Source: Amoebidium appalachense
Lineage: Eukaryota > Protista > Ichthyosporea
Length of the DNA: 64,000 nt
Direction of reading: 5' to 3'
Assembly: GCA_963693365.1 (NCBI GenBank)
Contig: CAVNZM010000006.1
Location: 6,985,264-7,049,263, forward strand
The notes under the pieces are model-generated. The model did no database searches and was not told where the DNA came from. It worked only from the letters and a program-made list of their open reading frames with translations. The translations under genes were made by a program, and so were the position numbers. Below, piece after piece: positions 34,057-48,391 of this stretch. How positions within the stretch are numbered: position 1 is the stretch's first letter; each line of letters starts with the position of its first letter.

Positions 34057-36555
34057 AACCCCCAAAGGGCCGTTTAGGCCCTGTGGCCACCGGTCCCCGG
34101 AGGGGTCGATGGACCGGCTCCGGATGGGTCACTGCCGGGACCGCGCCGAGCCCGGGTGACTTCGGCGAGGGTCTTGGCTTGACGAACAGCCCAGGTGGCC
34201 AAGGCAGGGGGCAGGGGCAGGCTGCGCGCAGGGAGCTCCTCAAACTGCTCTGCAACAGCCCAGTCCCCGTTGGACTGATCAGCAGTCTGCACAGCCAGCA
34301 GACGGCACACACCAACTTCCACAGCAGGTGACTCCTTGCGGGCCTTAGGGTCGGTGGCCAGCAGCAGATCCAGCATACGGGCAAGCGTCAGAGCCTCCCG
34401 TTTGTTGCGGTAGCTGACCCAATCCGCCGCGTGGACAGCCGCAGTGACCGAGGCCTGGTCAGCCAAGGTGCTCTTGAGGTAGGAAGGGGCCAGACGTTCT
34501 TTGACGCGCAGGTTGACTTTGGCGCCGCTGGAGAGCAGATAACGGCTGGGGTTGGTTTTGGAACGGCCAGAGGAACGACGGCTGCGAGAGGAACGACCGT
34601 AGCCACTGCTGCTGGAATCAGAATCCTCACTCAACGATGGGGTGTCTTCACTGCCGGTGTCGTACGCATAGACAGGCTCCTTGCCCTTTGCCCGCGCAGA
34701 ATGCGTGCTCAGCAGGCCACCGGGAGAGGGCTTCTTTATCTTGGGGCGACCAGACTGGGCAACAGAGAGGGCTTGCACTTGGGCAGAAAGCGCCTGCAGC
34801 TGCTCTTGGACGCCTACACCGTCGAACGTCGCTGGGGAGAGGGCGACCCAGGTGGGGGGGAGGCACGGCCGCTGCGAGGAGTGCGACAGAGCAAGTGCAG
34901 CTGGTCGGTGACTTTCCAACCGACCATCTCAGGGTCATCAAAAGCCACGGAGCGCGCCTTGAGGGCTGAAACCACACTGTTGACGGTTTTTGCCGGCAGG
35001 CTGTTCCAGGGGAGGGCGTTGGACTGCAAAGCGGCCAGACTTTTGAGACTTGCGTCGTCCGCATCGGTAGAGATCTCCAAAAGCTTTTCGAGGATAGCGG
35101 CCCTCTTGGCGACCAGAGCAGGAGGAGGGGCCATTGCAATGCTCACAAACCAGACTAGAGCACGAAAACTTGAAAATGAAGACTGGAAAATGCAAAAACG
35201 CGGGAAAACCGACACCGCGAAAAAACGTCCGAAAACCAGCTAAAACGCAACCGTGCGCACGCAAAACTCTTACCAGATGCTGCCGAAGGTAAGCGCGCGC
35301 TCCTGGGCAAAAACAACTAGAGAAAAATCGAACAACGGCGCGAAAAACGGGGACATGGGTGGGCAAAAACTTAGCTAAAAAATTGGGCCCAAAGAGACCT
35401 AAACGCGCTCAATAGCCCCGCAACTGACCTCCCTGGGGCCGCGCAAGCTCATTATATAGCGCGGCCCACATTTTTGCCACTGGAAATATGAAGAAATGAC
35501 TTAAAACCTATCAAAACCATGAAATCTACCAAAATGGAATTTTTGCTGCACATCAACCAATGAAAAGTTTTTCTTATGCCAACGTCGTCTTTACCAGCCC
35601 CAGCAAGGGGATACATGAGCCGGTGCCTGTGGATCAATCTCACAAGCAGGCACAGGTGTGCTCCACAGGAGCAATGAAAAGAATGACAAATGTCATACAG
35701 AAACATGCTCAAAAAACGTAGCCTAGTGCCTAAATAGGCAAAGGGTGTGGTGGGTGGGCAAAAACTTAGCTAAAAAATTGGGCCTAAAGAGACCTAAACG
35801 CGCTCAGTAGCGCCGCAACTGACCTCCCTGGGGCCGCGCAAGCTCATTATAGAGCGCGGCCCACATTTTTGCCTATGGAAATATGAAGAAATGACTTAGA
35901 ACCTATCAAATCCATGAAATCTACCAAAATGGAATTTTTGCTGCACATCAACCAATGAAAAATTTTCACAAGTGGCTAAAACCCCTAGATCATAAAGACC
36001 AAATCGATTGCCGCCCATTTTGGACTAGATATAACTCAAACTCATCAATATATCCATATGGCATATCCCACAGAACATAAAAACAGCTACAGCTCCCTAA
36101 ATAAAAATGCTAGCAGCCTGAAACTTTGCACACACATCAAACACACCATGGCCTACAGCATTATACTACCACGAAGTTTACAGCACACTCGCAACACACA
36201 ATTTCACTCCAAGGGGCTATCTAATTCTCCTGCAAAGAAAACACGTTTACAAACTTAATATCACAAGTGGCTAAAGCCCCTAGATCACAAAGACCAAATC
36301 AATTGCCGCCCATTTCGGACTAGATATAACTCAAACTCATCAATATATCCATTGGCATATCCCACAGAACATAAAAACAGCTACAGCTCCCTAAATAAAA
36401 ATTCTAGCAGCCTGAAACTTTGCACACACATCAAACACACCAAGGCCTACACCATGCTACTACTACGAATTTTACAGCACACTGGCAACATACAATTTCA
36501 CTCCAACGGGGCTATCTAATTCTCCTGCAAAGAAAACACGTTAACAAACTAAATA
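34057..36555 (-). mobile_element. 3'-truncated Ngaro-like copy (A1 plus ORF1) whose A repeat is interrupted by a solo unit
   Basis: ORF1 homolog at about 34074-35134. A repeat split into about 35362-35571 and 36261-36555. Confidence 0.88.
35572..36260 (-). mobile_element. Solo A-spacer-B unit (689 bp) of the Ngaro-like family
   Basis: Both element termini present with no ORFs. The flanks rejoin into an intact A repeat. Confidence 0.9.
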
Positions 36556-36781
36556 TTGAATATCCCCCTTCGGTGGTCGCTCCCCGTTTCCCTTCCCGAC
36601 GCCCCCTTTGATACCCTTACTATTCAGCACCCACCGTCTATTAGGAAGCAAGCCCTGGGAATTTTGCTGAAGGAAAATGACATTCGTACGCCTTTAGTAT
36701 ATATTAAAATAAGAATTACCAAGGCTGTAGGTGCTTCTTACGATTTTTTTTGCGAGGTGGATCTGGTTCCTAGAAAACCAG

Positions 36782-37473
36782 TTCTTATGCCAACGTCGTC
36801 TTTACCAGCCCCAGCAAGGGGGTACATGAGCCGGTGCCTGTGGATCAATCTCACAAGCAGGCACAGGTGTGCTCCACAGTAATGAAAAGAATGACAAATG
36901 TCATACAGAAACATGCTCAAAAAACGTAGCCTAGTGCCTAAATAGGCAAAGGGTGTGGTGGGTTGGCAAAAACTTAGCTAAAAAATTGGGCCTAAAGAGA
37001 CCTAAACGCGCTCAGTAGCGCCGCAACTGACCTCCCTGGGGCCGCGCAAGCTCATTATAGAGCGCGGCCCACATTTTTGCCTATGGAAATATGAAGAAAT
37101 GACTTAGAACCTATCAAATCCATGAAATCTACCAAAATGGAATTTTTGCTGCACATCAACCAATGAAAAAATTTCACAAGTGGCTAAAACCCCTAGATCA
37201 CAAAGACCAAATCAATTGCCGCCCATTTCGGACTAGATATAACTCAAACTCATCAATATATCCATATGGCATATCCCACAGAACATAAAAACAGCTACAG
37301 CTCCCTAAATAAAAATGTTAGCAGCCTGAAACTTTGCACACACATCAAACACACCAAGGCCTGCCTACACCATGCTACTACTAAGAATTTTACAGCACAC
37401 TCGCAACACACAATTTCACTCCAACGGGGCTATCTAATTCTCCTGCAAAGAAAACACGTTTACAAACTAAATA
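36782..37473 (-). mobile_element. Solo A-spacer-B unit (692 bp)
   Basis: TTCTTATGCC...AAACTAAATA, reverse complement of 48494-49179. Confidence 0.9.
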
Positions 37474-38119
37474 CTGTGGTCATTACGCTATATGCGCCGG
37501 CCGCGATCTATTGGTTGAGGCGATCATCTCTCTAAGTGCGGCTCACTAATAGCCAATCCAAATCGCCGCTTGTTTAGATCAAAGTCACGCTCCTTTTTTA
37601 TTAATAAATCCGGAGATATATGACCCAAAAACCCACCCACTAGATCCATTTAAAGCTTAAAGAACAAAAACAAATTCAACAAAGCAATAAAAAAAGAATG
37701 GTCGTCTAGCAAATCCATAACCTCCGAGATTCTCACAACCTACGTTTTACAACTATTTACAAACCAAGAAACAGGACCTTTGTGATAAGCTCGGGCATTG
37801 TCTGCAGGCGAAGCTCCGGGCAAGCCTGTTAGATGAAAAGGCGTGTGCCGTGCATGTGCATGTGCTTGTGGATGTGCATGTATGTGTGTGTGTGCGTTTG
37901 TGCGCGCACATGTGTGTGGGTGTGTTTTAGAAGGGGGACGGAGGAGGGGGGAGGGTTGGGTTGATCATCTGACAAGGACACGATGTGCACGGTCGTGGCA
38001 AGTCTAGCTTAAGGACAACAAAAGGGGCTTGGCAAGAGTAGCACGGGCCTATGGGAAGGATGCCGGGGAAAAACACAGGCTTCAGTGTCTGTTTGTGTGT
38101 TCGTGCGTGCGGCACGCGC

Positions 38120-40575
<2,456 letters not shown>

Positions 40576-40781
40576 TTGCGTGTGTGTGGATGGAGAGAGG
40601 TTGGGTGTAGATGCGTGCGTGAGACAGGGAGCAAGGTAGGTTTGGCCCGACTAGGAGAGTGAAAAAAATGCAGAACGATTAGCAAGGCATTGAAACTTAA
40701 ACGGCAGCACGTAAAAACATGCGTAGGCAGCAAGCAAAAGGGAAACTTTTATACGCTTTCTTCCATAAGGTTTCGAGAGAA

Positions 40782-41464
40782 TATTTAGTTTGTAAACGTG
40801 TTTTCTTTGCAGGAGAATTAGATAGCCCCGTTGGAGTGAAATTGTGTGTTGCGAGTGTGCTGTAAAATTCGTAGTAGTAGCATGTTGTAGGCCTTGGTGT
40901 GTTTGATGTGTGTGCAAAGTTTCAGGCTGCTAACATTTTTATTTAGGGAACTGTAGCTGTTTTTATGTTCTGTGGGATATGCCATATGGATATATTGATG
41001 AGTTTGAGTTATATCTAGTCCGAAATGGGCGGCAATTGATTTGGTCTTTGTGATCTAGGGGTTTTAGCCACTTGTGAAAATTTTTCATTGGTTGATGTGC
41101 AGCAAAAATTCCATTTTGGTAGATTTCATGGATTTGATAGGTTTTAAGTCATTTCTTCATATTTCCATAGGCAAAAATGTGGGCCGCGCAATATAATGAG
41201 CTTGCGCGGCCCGAGGGAGGTCAGTTGCGGCGCTACTGAGCGCGTTTAGGTCTCTTTAGGCCCAATTTTTTAGCTAAGTTTTTGCCCACCCACCACACCC
41301 TTTGCCTATTTAGGCACTAGGCTACGTTTTTTGATCACGTTTCTGTATGACATTTGTCATTCTTTTCATTGCTCCTGTGGAGCACACCTGTGCCTGCTTG
41401 TGAGATTGATCCACAGGCACCGGCTCATGTATCCCCTTGCTGGCGCTGGTAAAGACGGCGTTGG
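40782..41464 (+). mobile_element. Solo A-spacer-B unit lacking the last ~8 bp
   Basis: TATTTAGTTTGTAAACG...GACGGCGTTGG. Confidence 0.9.
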
Positions 41465-44286
41465 TACCCCACAAGTACCTCCCCTCTCTTCAAAATACGT
41501 TATTCTTATGCCAACGTCGTCTTTACCAGCCCCAGCAAGGGGATACATTGCGCTTTCTGCCCAAGTGCAAGCCCTCTCTGTTGCCCAGTCTGGTCGCCCC
41601 CAGAAGCCCTCTGCCGGCGGCCTGCTGAGCACGCTGTCTGCGCGGGCAAAGGGCAAGGAGCCTGTCTATGTGTCTGACACGGGCCGCAGTCTTCCAGCAG
41701 CAGTGGCTACGGTCGTTCCTCTCGCAGCCGTTGTTCCTCTGGCCGTTCCAAACCCAACCTCAGCCGTTATCTGCTCTCCAGCGGCGCCAATATCAACCTG
41801 CGCGTCAAAGAACGTCTGGCCCCTTCCTTCCTCAAGAGCACCTTGGCTGACCAGGCCTCGGTCACTGCGGCTGTCCACGCGGCGGATTGGGTCAGCTACC
41901 GCAACAAACGGGAGGCTCTGACGCTTGCGCGTATGCTTGATCTGCTGCTGGCCGCCGACCCTAAGGCCCGCAAGGAGTCGCCTTCTGTGGAAGATGGTGT
42001 GCGCCGTCTGCTGGCTGTCCAGACTGCTGATCAGTCCAACGGGGACTGGGCTGTTGCAGAGCAGTTTGAGGAGCTTCCTGTGCGCTGCCTGCCCCTGCCC
42101 CCTGCCTTGGCCACCCGGGCTGTTCGCCAAGCCAAGACCCTCGCCGAAGTCACCCGGGCTCGGCCCCCATCCGGCGCCGGTCCATCGACCCCTCCGGGGG
42201 CCGGTGACCATAGGGCTTAAACGGCCCTTTGGGGGTTCGGCACGCGGTTCTATATATTATTATCTTGTGGTTTCCTGCCACGTGCCCTTGATTAAATATG
42301 CCCCCTTATTTTTCTAAGGATTACACAGCTATGCCACGTCATGTCTTTGGCGCCTCTGATTTGTTTCCTGTTCCGGCCATTCCTGTGCCGGACTGGAAGT
42401 TCTGGGCAAGACCGCCTACAAAGTCAACACCGTCGGCAACGTCTGTCTCACCGCCTGAAGGGGGTTGCCTTGGCTAACCGTTGTCTTGGTGCCCTCAACG
42501 AGCTGTGGGCAGGCGGCCCTTGCCCATTCCCGACCCGGTTGGTGAACAGTCACCACCATGCCCTGTGGACCTTTGTCCTTAGGGCCAGCTACGACGCTAT
42601 ACGCGCGGGTGTCTACGACGCTCAGCCTGCGAGTAGCGTCTTGGCTGCGTTCCCCGCAGCCTACCTTGTATTGACAGGATGGCAACCTCTCACGGCGGCA
42701 AATGCCGCTTTGCCACCCCCTGGGGTTGGAGCCACAGTGGACGTGTTGCAGTTTTTGTCTCCTACACTGCCAGCCGTTCTTGGCCAACCGCGACGGCGGC
42801 CTTCTCAAGCCTGTTCCGCCGACGCCTCCAGAGCTGCACCGCATCCGACCGGCGCATCATGTTCCCAGTGGGGAACACGGTCCCCTGCTTCTTCGGCTTC
42901 AAGACTGCGGCATGGTGCACTATTTCGAGGCGGAGGAAAAACCATTGGCCATCAATGGGCTGTTTGGGGTCCCCAAAGACACCAGAGCCCGCGTCATTTT
43001 TGATGGCCGCCGTGGCAACCTGTTCTTTGTCCGTGATCATCCTGCCCTCAAGGTGCACCTGCCCAACCCTGCCGATTTTGCCGATCTGTTGCTGGGACCT
43101 CAGGATTGCCTCTATTTTGGCAAGTCGGACATGGACAACCAGTTCCATCATCTTCTTGCCCCCGAGTGGCTATGGCGATACTTCGGATTGCCGCCTGTGT
43201 CTTCAAAGGCTGTTGGCCTTTCTGGGCCCGACCGGCTTGTGTACCCGGCCCTTAAGACCGTACCCATGGGCTGGGTGCATTCTGTGCTTGTGGCTCAAGA
43301 CGGCCATAAGCAGTTGGCTGACCGAGCCGGCATGCCCCGCATGCCCCGGCATGCCTCTGTGCGATAGTGCCGCGGCCTGTGGAGGCCACGCAGCATGCCC
43401 TGTATGTGGACGACTGTGGCTGGGTCGGCACAGATGCCACTGCCATCAATCGCCAGGGTGAATCGTATCATGGTTTCACCGGCCCGGCTGGTCTTCCCTC
43501 CAACGTCAAGAAGGATGTGGCTGCTGGTTCGTCGTCCTCTATGGTGCTCCTAGGCCTTGATATTTAGTTTGTAAACGTGTTTTCTTTGCAGGAGAATTAG
43601 ATAGCCCCGTTGGAGTGAAATTGTGTGTTGCGGGTGTGCTGTAAAATTCGTAGTAGTAGCATGGTGTAGGCCTTGGTGTGTTTGATGTGTGTGCAAAGTT
43701 TCAGGCTGCTAGCATTTTTATTTAGGGAGCTGTAGCTGTTTTTATGTTCTGTGGGATATGCCATATGGATATATTGATGAGTTTGAGTTATATCTAGTCC
43801 GAAATGGGCGGCAATTGATTTGGTCTTTGTGATCTAGGGGTTTTAGCCACTGGTAAAAAATTTTCATTGGTTGATGTGCAGCAAAAATTCCATTTTGGTA
43901 GATTTCATGGATTTGATAGGTTTTAAGTCATTTCTTCATATTTCCATTGGCAAGTGGGCCGCGCTATATAATGAGCTTGCGCGGCCCCAGGGAGGTCAGT
44001 TGCGGCGCTACTGAGCGCGTTTAGGTCTCTTTAGGCCCAATTTTTTAGCTAAGTTTTTGCAACTCTAGTCCCCGTTTTTCGCGCTCTTGTTCGTTTTTTC
44101 TCTAGTGTTTTTTGCCCAGGAGCGCGCGCTTAGCTTCAGCAGCATCTGGTAAGAGTTTTGCGTGCGCGCCGTTGCGTTTTAGCTGGTTTTCGGACGTTTT
44201 TTGCGGTGTCGGTTTTCCCACGTTTTTGCATTTTCCAGTCTTCGTTTTCAAGTTTTCGTGCTCTAGTCTGGTTTGTGAGCATTGCA

Positions 44287-45353
44287 TTGGCCCCTCCATC
44301 TGCTCTGGTCGCCAAGGGGGCCGCTCTCCTCGAAAAGCTTTTGAAGATCTCTACCGATGCGGACGACGCAAGTCTCAAAAGTCTGGCCGCTTTGCAGTCC
44401 AACGCCCTCCCCTGGAACAGCCTGCCGGCAGAAACCGTCAACAGTGTGGTTTCAGCCCTCAAGGCGCGCTCGGTGGCTTTTGATGACCCTGAGATGGTCG
44501 GTTGGAAAGTCACCGGTGGACCAGCTGCACTTGCTCTGTCGCACTCCTCGCAGCGGCCGTGCCTCCCCCCCACCTGGGTCGCCCTCTCCCCAGCGGCGTT
44601 CTGACGGTGTAGACGTCCAAGAGCAGCTGCAGGCGCTTTCTGCCCAAGTGCAAGCCCTCCCTGTTGCCCAGTCTTGTCGCCCCAAGAAGCCCCTCTGCCG
44701 GCGGCCTGCTGAGCACGCTGTCTGCGCGAGCAAAGGGCAAGGAGCCTGTCTATGCGTACGACACCGGCAGTGAAGACACCCCATCGTCGAGTGAGGATTC
44801 TGATTCCAGCAGCAGTGGCTACGGTCGTTCCTCTCGCAGCCGTCGTTCCTCTGGCCGTTCCAAACCCAACCCCAGCCGTTATCTGCTCTCCAGCGGCGCC
44901 AAAGTCAACCTGCGCGTCAAAGAACGTCTGGCCCCTTCCTACCTCAAGAGCACCTTGGCTGACCAGGCCTCGGTCACTGCGGCTGTCCATGCGGCGGATT
45001 GGGTCAGCTACCGCAACAAACGGGAGGCTCTGACGCTTGCCCGTATGCTGGATTTGCTGCTGGCCGCCGACCCTAAGGCCCGCAAGGAGTCACCTGCTGT
45101 GGAAGTTGGTGTGCGCCGTCTGCTGGCTGTGCAGACTGCTGATCAGTCCAACGGGGACTGGGCTGTTGCAGAGCAGTTTGAAGAGCTCCCTGCGCGCAGC
45201 CTGCCCCTGCCCCCTGCCTTGGCCACCCGGGCTGTTCGTCAAGCCAAGACCCTCGCCGAAGTCACCCAGGCTCGGCGCAGGCGCGGTCCCGGCAGTGGCC
45301 CATCCGGAGCCGGTCCATCGACCCCTCCGGGGACCGGTGGCCACAGGGCCTAA
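44287..45353 (+). pseudogene. Ngaro-like ORF1 (gag-like); start codon ATG>TTG and frameshifts
   Basis: Homolog of the intact ORF at 61848-62903. Confidence 0.8.
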
Positions 45354-45430
45354 ACGGCCCTTTGGGGGTTCGGCACGCGGTTCTGTATATTATTTTCTTG
45401 TGGTTTCCTGCCACGTGCCCTTGATTCAAT

Positions 45431-47487
45431 ATGCCCCCTAATTTTTCTAAGGATTCCACAGCTATGCCACGTCATGTCTTTGCCGCCTCTGATTTGTTTC
45501 CTGTTCCGGCCATTCCTGTGCCGGACCGTTCTGGACAAGCCCGTCTACGGAGTCAACGCCGTCGGCAACGTCTGTCTCACCGCCTGAAGGGGGTTACCTT
45601 GGCTAACCGTTGTCTTGGTGCCCTCAACGAGCTGTGGGCAGGCAGCCCTTGCCCATTCCCGACCCGGTTGGTGAACAGTCACCACCATGCCCTGTGGACC
45701 TTTGTCCTTAGGGCCAGCTACGATGCTATACGCGCGGGTGTCTACGACGCTCAGCCTGCGAGTAGTGTCTTGGCTGCGTTCCCCGCGGCCTACCCTGTAT
45801 TGACAGGATGGCTACCTCTCACGGCGGCAAATGCCGCTTTGCCACCCCCTGGGGTTGGAGCCACAGTGGACGTGTTGCAGTTTTTGTCTCCTACGCTACA
45901 GCCGTTTTTGGCCAACTGCGACGGCGGCCTTCTCAAGCCTGTTCCGCCGACGCCTGCAGAGCTGCACCGCATCCGACCGGCGCATCACGTTCCCAGTGGG
46001 GAATACGGTCCCCTGATTCTTCGGCTTCAAGACTGCGGCATGGTGCACTATTTCGAGGCGAAGGAAAAACCACTGGCCATCAATGGGCTGTTTGGGGTCC
46101 CCAAAGACACCAGAGCCCGCGTCATTTTTGACGGCCGCCGTGGCAACCTGTTCTTTGCCCGTGATCATCCTGCCCTCCAGGTGCACCTGCCCAACCCTGC
46201 CGATTTTGCCGATCTGTTGCTGGGGCCTGAGGATTGCCTCTATTTTGGCAAGTCGGACATGGACAACCAGTTCCATCGTCTTCTTGCCCCCGAGTGGCTG
46301 TGGCGGTACTTCGGCTTGCCGCCTGTGTCTTCGGAGGCTGTTGGCATTTCTGGGCCCGACCGGCTTGTGTACCCGGCCCTTAAGACCGTGCCCATGGGCT
46401 GGGTGCATTCTGTGCTTGTGGCTCAAGACGTCCATGGGCAGTTGGCTGACCGAGCCGGCATGCCCCGCATTGAGCGCCTCTGTGCGATAGTGCCGCGGCC
46501 TGTGGAGGCCACGCAGCATGCCCTGTATGTGGACGACTGTGGCTGGGTCGGCACAGATGCCACCGCCATCAATCGTCAGCGTGAATCGTATCATGGCGTC
46601 ACCGGCCCGGCTGGTCTTCCCTCCAATGTCAAGAAGGATGTGGCTGCTGGTTCGTCGTCCTCTATGGTGCTCTGCTAGGCCTGGAAATGCATCGCTCTGG
46701 GATATTGCGCCCGTCTGTCGCTTCCTTGTGCCGTCTGGTGGCGGAAACCCAGGCCGTGTTGCGTCGTGGTGTCGTCACGCAGCTCCGTTTGCAGCAGTTG
46801 CTTGGTGGTTGGGTGTGGGCGGCACTGCTGCAGCGGCCGCTTTTGTCGGTTCTGAGTGCCGTCTACAGTTTTGTGGAGCAGCTGGGGGGTCGGGAACAGC
46901 CCCTTCCCCCGCCCGTGGTGTGGGAGCTTCAGGCGATGTGTGCTTTGGCCCCTTTGATGCGTTGTGATTTGCGTTCTGGGTTTGCTAGCACCATGTTCTG
47001 CACTGATGCTTCCTTGTTGGGTGGTGCAGTGGTGTCCCGGGTGCTTCCAGCAACGCTTCTCCGCGAAGTGCTGCCTCACTGCAACCGGCGTGGCCACTAC
47101 AGCCAGCTGTCTGGTCCTGTGCACGAGCCAAGCCCGTCCGCCCCCCCGGCACCTATCCTGGCAGCTGTTGGTGGCCGGTGGACCACCAACATCAGTCATC
47201 GTTGGCGCCACTCCGACCACATCAACATTCTGGAGGGAGAAGCCTTGCTCCTGGGGCTTCGTCGATTAGGTCGGTCTACGGCTGCCCGGGGCACTCGCTA
47301 CCTTTGGGGCCTTGATTCGACGGCGCTGCTTGGGGCTGTTGCTAAGGGTCGTTCAGCCTCCCGACGCCTGAACCGTGTATGCCGCCAGGTGGCTGCCTAC
47401 ACGCTTGCCCTCGACATTCGTTTGTATTGTGTGTGGCTGCCGTCAGCCCACAATCCTGCAGATGGTCCCTCGCGGTTTTCTGGCTGA
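45431..47487 (+). pseudogene. Ngaro-like ORF2: reverse transcriptase plus RNase H, one frameshift near 46672
   Basis: RT motifs LFGVPKD..ARVIFDGR, KSDMDNQFH, VPMGW, LYVDD. RNase H motifs CTDAS, HINILE, GLDS, HNPADGPSR. Confidence 0.92.
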
Positions 47488-48391
47488 CCAGGCCATAAAG
47501 CCCCCAACCCTCAAGGCCTACCGGGATGCTGTTGTTGAGTTCCTGGATTGGTTGCCCCCTGGTACCGACACCAAGTCCCCCGCCGAACTGGACGACCTCC
47601 TGGTGGAGTATTTTGAGGAGTGTTATGCCATTGATCCATCGCGTGGCCAGCGTCAGCGCTGTGTCAACACAGCTGCCGGCATCAAGCATTTCATGCCACG
47701 CCTGGGTCCACACCTGCAGGCCGCCCAACGGAGCCTGCAGGGCTGGAACCGGCTTGTTCCAGCAAAGACCACGCCCCCGCTTCCGTTTTCATTGGTCCTT
47801 GTCATTGGCCATCATTTGTATTCCATAATTGGCCCATTGTTTGGTATTGCTGTTTTGCTCGGATTTGAGTGTTATTTTCGTGTCAGTGAGCTGCTTATGC
47901 TCACCCGTGCGGATCTTATTTTGCCCGACGACCCCGTTCCCCACGACATGCCACCCGGTACAGGCGGCATCCGCCTGGCCGACACCAAGACCGGTCCAAA
48001 TCAGTTTGTCCCCATCACCGATCCGTCCCTGTTGGCCATCCTGTCTTTCTGGTTCCGTGGTGCCCCCCCTTCTGCGCGGCTGTTTCCTTTCTCGTATGAT
48101 GTTCTGCGTGCCAAGTTCCACGCGGCATGTGACTCCCTCGGCCTCAACGAGTATGGGTTCCATCTTCACAGTCTTCGCCATGGTGGTGCCTCGAGAGACT
48201 ATGTCAGGGGTGTTTCAGTAGAGACGATTGCTCTGCGTGGTCGATGGAGATCGCATGCCTCCCTCCGCCGGTATGTGCAGGCCGGCCAGTCTCTTGTTCT
48301 TTCTATTCGCGTGCCTGCGTCGCTCCTTGCCCGGGCTGCAGCGCTGCGTCAGTCACCCACGGCATGGTTTGTTCCTTCCCGTGCCAGGTAG
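47462..48391 (+). CDS. Tyrosine recombinase (ORF3), 309 aa from the ATG at 47462, intact
   Basis: Catalytic motifs YFRVSE (R), TKTG (K), HSLRHGGA (HxxR), GRW (W) and RRYV (Y). Overlaps the RNase H end by 26 nt. Confidence 0.93.
   Translation: MVPRGFLADQAIKPPTLKAYRDAVVEFLDWLPPGTDTKSPAELDDLLVEYFEECYAIDPSRGQRQRCVNTAAGIKHFMPRLGPHLQAAQRSLQGWNRLVPAKTTPPLPFSLVLVIGHHLYSIIGPLFGIAVLLGFECYFRVSELLMLTRADLILPDDPVPHDMPPGTGGIRLADTKTGPNQFVPITDPSLLAILSFWFRGAPPSARLFPFSYDVLRAKFHAACDSLGLNEYGFHLHSLRHGGASRDYVRGVSVETIALRGRWRSHASLRRYVQAGQSLVLSIRVPASLLARAAALRQSPTAWFVPSRAR

Noticed and set aside
43775-43812. Hammerhead-like TGATGA...GAAA in repeat A
   Set aside because: It lacks the C of CUGAnGA, and the intervening sequence does not form stem II.
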